A stretch of 61,616 nucleotides of DNA, the filler included, from Choristocarpus tenellus KU-1152 (taxonomy: Eukaryota; Protista; Phaeophyceae), in assembly GCA_964200185.2 (NCBI GenBank). It is 10 parts of 10 records of this genome, joined end to end, with 100 filler letters (N's around TTAATTAATTAA, not from the genome) between each part and the next. Parts side by side here need not be neighbours in the genome. Positions count along the whole stretch, not along the records: positions 44,501 to 56,865 come from CAXNAD020001861.1; positions 56,966 to 61,616 come from CAXNAD020013632.1; 8 more parts are not named here. One strand, given 5' to 3'. The position numbers and the translations under genes are program-made. Within the stretch, counting starts at the first letter, position 1; every line of letters starts with the position of its first letter. Under the pieces are notes generated by a model that was given only the letters and a program-made list of their open reading frames with translations, searched no databases and was not told the DNA's origin. Below are positions 52,601-61,616 of this stretch, piece after piece.

Positions 52601-55600
52601 ATCAGTAGTTGAAGTCTGGTTTGCCCAAGAGAAATGTGGTTCTAGTGACAGCATTACCCATCTTTGAGATTTCACAGCAACTGGGCCATAGGTTTGAAAA
52701 ACTAATGGAGTGTCTTCACGTGGAGAGCATCAACTTAATTGAAACAACAGCACGTCAAATTGCTTCAAGGGTCGCACAATTACCCCACAATGCAGATGAT
52801 ATACAACCCCCAACACACCCAACCAACATGGTTGCAGCTTAGAGAATCCTGGTACTCCTTACCACGCCACTCAGCAACAACAGAACAGTGAACCGAGTCC
52901 TACCCTCAACACCTCCCTACCCCCTTCCCTGCTCTTCTCACCAGCGCATGAAGAACTGCATACGCCCCTGTAGCTGCCGCTCCTCAGGATAGTCTTGAGG
53001 GAAACTGTTGAGACAAGCGACACCATGGTCCGGTTCAAATCCAAGGGTGCGGAGCATACTGCGCTGCATCTTGACAATAGTCTCATCAGGGGGATTTTTG
53101 GTTTGTAGAAACTCTTCTCGGAGTGTTGCCTTGGTCTCTGCAGCAGGTAAGGAATAAAGAGTGGGGCTGCGGCTTCAAAATTCACAAGAGGATATGACCA
53201 GAGCAAATATTTTAGGGGGGCAAGGAGAAGGGAGGGCGAGGAGGAGAGACCAAGAAGGACAATCAATAGCAAAAGGGAGAAGTAACTACTCACCCCAGAA
53301 TGGTTTGATAAGAACGTAAAAGGAGTCTCAATCAAACACTGAGGGGCATGTTGAGAGGATGAAAAGAACATGGACTGTTGCAGCAAGTCAACAAAATCAG
53401 TGGAGTCTAAATTAATAGGATGGTGACCTCCAAGCGCAGAAAATGCAGAGTATGGTTATTTTTCCAATGATTTGTTTGTACAACTTCAAAACTGATGAAC
53501 AGTTTTTCTCAGTTGTAACAAATGCTAGGGCTAAAGTTCATGTCAACGTTAAGGATAGGGTTCCTACATCTTAATAGTCAATCATACCAAGATCCCAGAT
53601 TAAAACCTCCCCCAGTGTATAATAAATACTGCCTATGACCAAAAGATGCTAAGGAAGCAATACAACCACGGTTAATTTCAATAAACGCTGAACTGTCAGT
53701 CATGGGTACAATTTCTTAAAAGACCAATCAGCAACAAAGCAAGATGTAAACACTCTTTTTAGTCAAAAACAAGTGTGGGAAATTGCAGCTTAAATGTAGA
53801 ACACTCATTAAACTCTTTTGAGATAGAGCATGCAACACACATAATACATGTCACTGTCTATTCTACATATATTACATTATATTACGTTAACAACAGAAAT
53901 ATAACATGAGTATCATAACACAACCAGTATAGTAGTACCATAACATAACAATACCTTGTATTTATTAATAGCTTGTGTTATCTAGCACACCTACACCCTT
54001 TTGCAGCATGCTGGCATGCTGACAAGCTTGGCAAAGATTCAAGTTAACTCAGATACTTGCATTCGTGATTATGACAACCCTCTATGCATGGATTGATTGC
54101 AAGGGAGCTGGAGGGGCCCCTTCCATACATGGCCAAATAAAACCTGGCCGGTCACTCCTGGAAATGAATGGGATATGTAGGCCTTCTACAGGCCAGATAT
54201 TACATAGTGCATTAACTCAAGGGAAATATTCTAAAGTGTCGTCTCCCACATCTCCTCTGCCTTGCTGATTGCCATCCTCCATATTACCGTCATTGCACAT
54301 GCAGCCCGGCCCCTCTTTGGCCTCCTCACAGACTGCCTATCTAGTCCGTTGTGTTAACTAATAGCAGTGGCACACACAACTTTTTCCCCAGGGCTTACTA
54401 TCTCCCTCCTTGTAGAGCTCTCACTTTGAAAGTACAACGAGTACCATCAACAAATATTTTTCACCCATTTCCACCCAATCGAAATACTACATGGCATGCA
54501 TGATCCAATGGCAAAAAAAACAGAAAAAAAATACTGAAAAATCATTGTGTTACCCTCCATCAACATGATGCTGGTCACCAATATACCTCCTCTCACTAAG
54601 ACCCTATCAACACCTAAGAGACCTTACCACAAGCCTAATCTCCACACTATGGCAAAGAAGTTGAAAGCAAAATAACAGGGGCAGGCTGTGATGTGTTTAA
54701 ATTCAGTCCTCATCCATCTATTGCAAAAGATTCAGTAAAGTTTAGGGCAGATGCTTTTCAATTTTTGACAATTTCACTTGAAATACTCCTTGCCAAGAAT
54801 AAATTTTAGTATGTATGTGGTTCTTACTCACCAATTGTCATTACCCTGTTAAAATAGCTGCATGAAAAGCTTAAGCAGAAGCCCTAAAAATTACATCGAT
54901 ATACTATTGTTGGATTATGACACACACAAGCATATTATGCATTGTGTAAATAACAAACCATACAACTAGAAATAATAATAAAAATACATTCAGGAAATAA
55001 CAAAATATACATGGTTGCATACATGCCATTTAACACTGGTCCTAGCACCTAAATCCACCAAGGATGCCATTGCCAATCCAACGTCCACATGCCTGGAAGG
55101 GCCATGAGTGTGTTGCATGCCTCAAAGAATTCCAGGACCTGCGACGGAGTCATTTTCTTCTCTTTTTCCATCTCTTCCGGTTGCATATCTCGCAGCACCT
55201 CAATGAATGTACGTTGACACCTGCAGAACCCAACAATCCACCATTGGAGAAACAGCGATGAGGTCTATATTTCGAGGGTACGTAGTGATGGGGCCTTAAT
55301 GAGGATGAGAGGCCAGGACTTGCTATAGTCGTTATTACAAAATACAAGGATATTACTGCAAGGATCCGTAGCAGCATAAGGTTTGGGATTACAACAGTAC
55401 AATACGATCGAATCAAACCATTTCTACAAGTTGGGGTATGGTCTACTGTGCTTGACCATAAAAAAACTCTGGTTTCTCCGATCAGGGCCCTTCACCCACA
55501 TGCACAGTAGGATATCACTACTTCGCTGAACAAAGCCCAGTCTTAGAGCGTGCAGCCTTACGTGTGTGAGAATGCTTCCATCTTTTCTTGTTTGATCCTG

Positions 55601-56365
55601 TCGTTCATCGCGGAATGCGCATAGCCGTTGAGGGCCGCCTGTCCCTCCTGCCTGTCAAAGCCCATACTCTCCAGCTCCTCGTGCTGGATCTTGATCAGAA
55701 TAGCGGGTATTCTCATTTCATCTGTCACCTGACAATACAGAAGATAGAAGTGACAGAGTAAACAAAAGTCTGTCTGGGGATAGACGGTTGTGGGATATTG
55801 GTTCACTCTCCTCCAAACATTGTGAAGGAGATAATAACTCATCCCTCCTTGCACGTCAGTATCCTGACCCCAACACGAACCTGTCCCTTGATCTCTTCTC
55901 GCACTTCAGCAGACTTCAGTTTGTCTATTGCAACATTGAAGAACAGCTCAATCTGTTCTGTTGTCATCGCTGAGGGGGGTGGCGCAGGATTTGATGTTTC
56001 TGCTGTTCTGCTTCCTGGGGTTGCAATGGAAAGCGTTGGGGATACTAACAAATCGGTGCTTGAGAATAACTAGGGTGAATTATTAGTTGGGGGTAGATCG
56101 AGACGAGATTATGCTGCAGAAGCGCAACTACTCCCTATTTGAGAGTCGGCCAATAGGAGATTGTTGTAAGGAGGTCGAAATTCCTTTCCTCACCTGGGCT
56201 ATCCTCCACACTCAACCCCTCAAGTTTCTCAGATATCTTGTCATCCTCGCTATTTCCTTCCTTGGCTATCAGTGATTCTTTCACCTTCCCATCCTTGGCA
56301 TCCTTGTCACTCATGGCATGCTGTGCTTGCTGTCGCAGTTCCTCGGCACTGGAAATCGAGAACAT
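49645..56365 (-). CDS. Complete 9-exon gene, 445 aa: two C10/C12orf57-like repeats plus His-rich tail. Exons 56365-56194, 56044-55881, 55728-55562, 55220-55093, 53137-52942, 52554-52485, 52095-51922, 51085-50972, 49797-49645
   Basis: All eight junctions are phase-consistent (1338 nt, no internal stop), with one GC donor. Domain identity is my pattern recognition and less certain than the gene structure. Confidence 0.85.
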
Positions 56366-57204
56366 TGTTGTTTGGGGGGTGAAACAACCCTGAAACCAGA
56401 GGTTGGAGCTCTACGATGTTGAGAGGAAGGCAGGGATATCCCCTAGATATGGCGATAAGTCCAAAGATGCCGTCAATTTAGCGCACTTCCCCAATGTTAC
56501 GACAAATGTGTGAAGCCAGCAGTAGAAGAGTAGTAGAGTGGGGTGAGAGTTTGTACATTCGCTTATTTGATTACAGTATAGTGTAGTTCTTGGCTCTTAT
56601 GGAGAGTCGATATACGATATATTTAGTGGGAATGGTCCTCAGAACCGAAGTAACCAAACTACAAATTCGATCATGAAAACAGGAAGAAGTCATTAGAGTA
56701 CTGCCATTGTATACCGATATTATCGAGCTTTAGGTATCGACATTTGGAGACTACGTCCTGATCATGAGTAATTTATCTTAATTGTCTCATTCAACTACTC
56801 CAAGTGTGGAAAGCATGTTTGTCTGTTATTATACCGTTATTGCCGTATGCCATATACTATTATACNNNNNNNNNNNNNNNNNNNNNNNNNNNNNNNNNNN
56901 NNNNNNNNNTTAATTAATTAANNNNNNNNNNNNNNNNNNNNNNNNNNNNNNNNNNNNNNNNNNNNGTGATTGTCTCCAGCATTTGTGTAGGAGCCAATGG
57001 TCTCTTCCGTGCCACCGTACCGCTCCGTCCTGTAGACGCTTGAAGGATACATCCTTGGATGGTCGTACACAAGGGCACCCCAGTACATGCACCTGCACTG
57101 GCAGAGGTCCCTCTACCCTGCCCCGTACTGATGTTCTCCTTATCATGATCGTCCTCGTCATCCTTGTCTTCTTTCTGCTGCTCCTCGTCCTCCTCTCCTC
57201 CTTG

Positions 57205-57328
57205 TCGTCGCCCGGATGTTGGGTCTCTCCTCTCTGAGCAATCGGAGGAAGTACTCCTTGCTTACCTGCTTGGAAGGGTCATCAGGATACACCCGTATTG
57301 CCTCTTTGCAAAAATCCCTGTATAGCTC
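57205..57328 (-). mobile_element. Probable second Sola1-like transposase fragment
   Basis: AG|ELYRDFCKEAIRVYPDDPSKQVSKEYFLRLLREERPNIR resembles the LY...S...F....P.I segment expected after the GxxMP block. Confidence 0.4.
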
Positions 57329-58615
57329 CTAATTAAAAATGTTGGTTGTGTGGGCAAGTGAGGAGTTATTGAGAAGGAACACTCGAAGAACACCCCTGCA
57401 ACATCTCTCGAAGGCGGGCTGACCAATAACTTGACTAAGAACGCGGAAGACAGGATCAAGTAAGCTTACATCGTGCGTTACGAAAGAGCAAATACAATGA
57501 TCTGATTAAATCCGCCATGAGCGTCATTCGATTCGGGCCTCGCTGTCGTTTGCAGAGGCGATAAACTACTAAGTAATGTGACTGCTATGCTTTCTAACCT
57601 AGGTTGGCACTACAAAGGTGGGTGAGGAGCTAGGGAAGCATCCCAAGAATTCTGTTGGGCCCTTCTTGGCCAGTTATCCCCTGTCTCTAGCATGAAGTGT
57701 GTGGGGTGTCTTGAGAGAGCCTCTTGAGCAGTAACGGAGAATATCTGCCTCAAATGAGACGATTGAAATAAAACAAATTTCTAGTACTCTGTCAACTGTC
57801 CTGTGATCCCATCATCCTATTCTCTAGACATTTATCTTAAATCTACCTGAACTTTCCACTTAGTCTCTTCGGGAATTGATTTATATAGAAAATATACGAT
57901 AATGCATACACACGATATATGGAGGCAAATGTCAGAGTGCATAATAATATATATATATATATATATATGGAGATACAGGAGGACACCCGTGTAGTGTACG
58001 TGAAAGTAAAATAGTAATAGATGATAGAAAAATGTCTTGCACATTTACAACTGTTGTTACTTTTTTAGGAGTTCTGACATTTAATTGGCATTTCGTTATT
58101 TTTTCCCTGACACATCTACAAAATGTCAGAGGGCATAATAATAATAAATGTTTATGGTGATAATTCGCTGGGAGGACTTAACCTTCAAATTGACATCTCA
58201 TTGGGTACGTACTTGTTGTACGGTCCAAATCGAACTGTTTGTACACGTTCCAAGTCTAAATCACGACTCTTCCCAAAAGTTTTAGACGAGGACATAATTG
58301 CAACTCCAGCATTTTGAATACAAAATATTATCGGAACTCCACACATTCATATAGAACTAACTCATTGTGTGTTAATGTCGCATAAAACCTGTGTGATGCC
58401 TAGTCGCCTTGATGAAATACTTCATCTGATCACCTGTTACAGGAATCGAACCAACATATTGATTATCGATCTGAATGCCCCCTTCCGAATAAAATGCCGA
58501 CTTTTTATAGCAAAATGTAGAAAACATTTTATGGACGGAAAGGCTCCCCCCTCTCACCTCAAGTTTTCACTTAATCCACCTCCAACAAAATATTATACAA
58601 ATGAATAGACATCTC

Positions 58616-58916
58616 ACCATATCCATCACACCCCACATCACACAGGTATCTTCGACACATTATATACTCCATCAGATCTATACTTCCAACATCCCATAAA
58701 ATCCTCAAAAGTATCCTACCTAATTCATCAATCAACGGATTTGTCCCTTTTTGATCACTTTATGCTCCCACCACATCCATCACATCCCATGTCAAACAGG
58801 CATCTTCAACACATCACACATCCCATGAATATAGAGATATGATTCAATATCCCACAAAATCCTCGAAAGAAGCCTTGTTTGTCAGTTGACGGATATGATC
58901 CCTTTTCAATATCAGC
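58616..58916. repeat. Diverged tandem duplication, ~154 bp period
   Basis: ACCAYATCCATCACAYCCCA...ACAGGYATCTTCRACACAT...AAAATCCTC...ACGGAT at 58616 and 58770. Confidence 0.75.
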
Positions 58917-60174
58917 ACAACACAACCCAACACTTCAACCACAATGCATCCATTCGTTTCTGTCCATAATTCAACATCCTTAACCCCTACCACAACCGTC
59001 AAAAAGTCCCAATCTGGCATCGGACAGACCCACCTTTCTTTTTTTTCAACACCATACGCCTTCCTCCAAAATTCCCCTCCTCACTCCATAACCCTTACAC
59101 ATATCCTGCGTTCTACCCGACATCATTTTCTATTTACCTTGACGCAAGTATATCCTCCCCCTTCATTCACACATGTACATTCCCTGCTGCAGCGACAACC
59201 AACATCAAACGCCTATGTACACATATCCGTTCTTTACCTTCCCCTTTGGGTAGAGAGAGGAGTTGGCAGACCTACAAACCAAAGATCGCCTCACTCTTGG
59301 AAGAAAATCAAGACGGATATATTTTTTTACACTTTTGCTTCATGCTTTTATCAACCAGTACAGGCAAGATGGGGCATCGTCAATAGTTTCCTCTCCTTCG
59401 TGTCCGTCTTCTCCCCAGGACAAAAGACAGGATGAAGATATTCAACCTCATGCTGTTTCCACAAACTCCACCTAGAAACACGTGTCCATCGACCGATCAT
59501 GAGAGTGAAAGTATCTTTGATTCTCTTTAGACAAGCCAAGAAACTGATGCAACCACAACCATGGCATGTTCTAATCGAAAACCGAACAAAAAGACATTTT
59601 CCCCTGTTTGCTCAATATCAGCTTGCAGCAACTCATACTCCCCCCACCACACAAATATCACATGTCAAACATAAGACCAAACCAATCAAATGCTTCTTTA
59701 TGTTATAGGTGCTACTCCTACACACGGAAGGTTCCTACACTCGTGACAGTCGTCTTCAGGAATTTCGACAGTGACTTCTTCCTAAACTACAACACAAACT
59801 TCTGGCTGGCTAAACATTACAAGCACCGTATAGTTTGGCTTGCTGATGGGCATGCTGGCATGGTGGTAGACTTCAATTCACAATGCGATAATATCACCAG
59901 GGCTTGACATAGCAAGAGTTCTATAATCAGTTCTTGACTTCGACCATACCAGGGGCTGTGTGGACGAAGGACATGAGGGACACAGGAGTCTTAGAGAAGG
60001 GGCAGAGGTGGGCGCACAGTTTTGTGGTTTTCAGGAAAGACACAAGCCAAGACAATAAATACACACAGCACACCCTGGAGATGCTTGTCAACGAGTACTT
60101 GAAGCCCTTGGGCCGAGGGATATAGACATATACTACAGGTACTCCACATATGATGTGATGGTTCCGGAAGTCAA

Positions 60175-60432
60175 GAGTGAAAGTATCTTAGAGGGTACGA
60201 GTTTTGCCCTTTTTGTCCATTTGGGGCTTCGCTTCCCATGGGGTTTTTATGGTATTTTCCCTACTCCAAAATGTTTCGAGTAGGTAATATGTGTATGTTA
60301 TGAAAGGGTGTGTCCGGAACAAGGATACTGACACTTCCTAACAAGTACTACAGATAAAATTACATGGAAATCACAACAATGGATTTTGTCCCCCAAATGG
60401 ACGCGGCCCTACCCTCTAAGATACTTTGGCTC
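60175..60432 (+). mobile_element. MITE-A copy inside Sola2-like transposase
   Basis: Both TIRs; TSD TCAA/TCAA. Confidence 0.95.
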
Positions 60433-60520
60433 TCAATTCAAAAACAGATGGTAGATATGGTGAGTTGCTCAGGTCTCTACAGGGCTAGGGATCGCAGTGA
60501 TGGACAACTTCTTCATCCTG

Positions 60521-60682
60521 CGCCCAAAGTATCTGGGGAGGGGGGGGTTCTACACCAGGGTATCCATTTGGACCAAAATCAGGAAACGTCGTACATATGC
60601 AACCAAATCACCCAAAAACCGCGACATGAAAAAAATGACCCCACAAACGGACAGCCGCAACCCCCCCCATATACTTTGAGCC
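60521..60682 (+). mobile_element. MITE-B complete copy (162 bp); other ends at 24873, 25096, 28180, 28411, 31987, 37186, 38264, 61524
   Basis: TIRs CGCCCAAAGTATCTGGGG / CCCCATATACTTTGAGCC; TSD CCTG/CCTG. Confidence 0.9.
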
Positions 60683-61616
60683 CCTGATGGAAAGTCCTTG
60701 TCCAATGGAATTCGGGCTGTGGAGAAGACTGTGTCGCACAGAGACTCAAAGAGGGACTAAGACAGAGTACACCGCGATTGAGTCTATAGCGTGGGAAGAG
60801 CAGCACCTGCAGAAGGACTCCAATATACACTCAGGGCGAACCGTCGTTACAAAGGTCAGTACCTTACCACCTCCACCATTGTTGTTTGTGTGACCTTCCT
60901 TTCGCCCAACAATACGTTTTGTCGCCCCCTAATCACAAACCAGATTTTTGGTACATGTATGTGACAAAATACTATAATCGCTGACAGGAACATTGTCGAT
61001 ATTTCCACTTTGGGAAACTTGTTCCGATTTCGGACAGGCCAGATGTTGGGCTTTTTTAAGGTTGGCTACAAGCATGTCAACCAACGGATTTGGACAAGAT
61101 CTATCTTTCGGATCAAAAACTGTTCTTGTGTATTTTGATGACGTGCCTCAAAAATCATATTCCTCTCTTCAATCTTTTCATTTGTAACCTTCCATCACAT
61201 TCACATAGATATTGATTTGGTGTGTGTATGATTCCCTTCTCCCAACGCCTGACCCTCTCCTTGCATGGGATTAGATTGACAGCAAAGGCAACGCACAGAG
61301 AGTTAAGACATACCCTAAACCTCTCTACACTAACACCATCAAAGGCAGGAGCTCATCTATCTCCCGGCTCACAAGGTTGAAGCGTGTCCTCAAGTTCAAG
61401 GGTATCAGTTGATGGGCAGGTTCATCACTCAACCACGGGGCTGATGGTAACTCCTCTGCTGTGGTCTGCCAGCACCAAGAGGTCGTGCCACTGCAACAAG
61501 TGCACAGTTGGCAATGTCACAAAGACCCAAAGTATCTGGGGGGGGGGGGGGTCTACACCAGGGTCTCCATTTACCCCAAATCACGAAAAGCGCATTTACA
61601 TTTATCCATTCGACGC

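Larger units (their letters stand above)
59600..60860 (+). mobile_element. Decayed Sola2-like DDD transposase interrupted by MITE-A and MITE-B
   Basis: GMVVDF...QEFYNQ; LHI*CDGSGSQ[MITE-A]FKNRW; DNFF[MITE-B, frameshift]GKSLSNGIRAVEK, cf. DGxxxQxKN and FFxxxHGKxxxDGxG. Confidence 0.75.

Noticed and set aside
59503-59518. Solo GAGTGAAAGTATCTT matching the MITE-A TIR start
   Set aside because: No body or partner TIR; may be chance or a tiny remnant.
1-61616. Fanzor/TnpB, viral core genes, rRNA or tRNA
   Set aside because: Looked for RuvC/zinc-finger patterns, viral hallmark motifs and RNA-gene signatures by eye; none recognised.

Overview
Eukaryotic, intron-rich, repeat-dense DNA. It is probably a brown alga or close stramenopile relative, inferred from TTAGGG repeats, gene structure and TE types; the taxon cannot be proven from the sequence. 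The window is 10 contigs joined by artificial 100-bp N/TTAATTAATTAA linkers, so adjacency across linkers means nothing. Host genes rebuilt by hand-splicing: an RNF126/115-like E3 ligase 5' part, a CAP-Gly protein 5' part, an N-myristoylated CAMK/CDPK-like kinase 5' part, a separate kinase subdomain-XI exon, a TPR first exon, an amidohydrolase-3 3' part, and a complete 9-exon 445-aa gene with tandem C10(C12orf57)-like repeats and a His-rich tail. The dominant feature is a Sola-type DNA transposon system. It comprises 18 copies of a ~257-bp MITE (GAG...CTC ends, mixed 3/4-bp TSDs), a sister poly-G MITE sharing the AAAGTATCT terminal core, a decayed Sola2-like transposase hit by both MITEs, and a spliced Sola1/DUF7869-like transposase. 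Relics of CRE-like and RTE LINEs, Copia, mariner and KDZ elements are also present. The most unusual signal is that two independent MITE termini carry the same GGTT insertion, converting TTAGAGGG into TTAGGGTTAGGG, in a region peppered with telomeric hexamers on both strands. This suggests telomerase-templated repair at internal sites.
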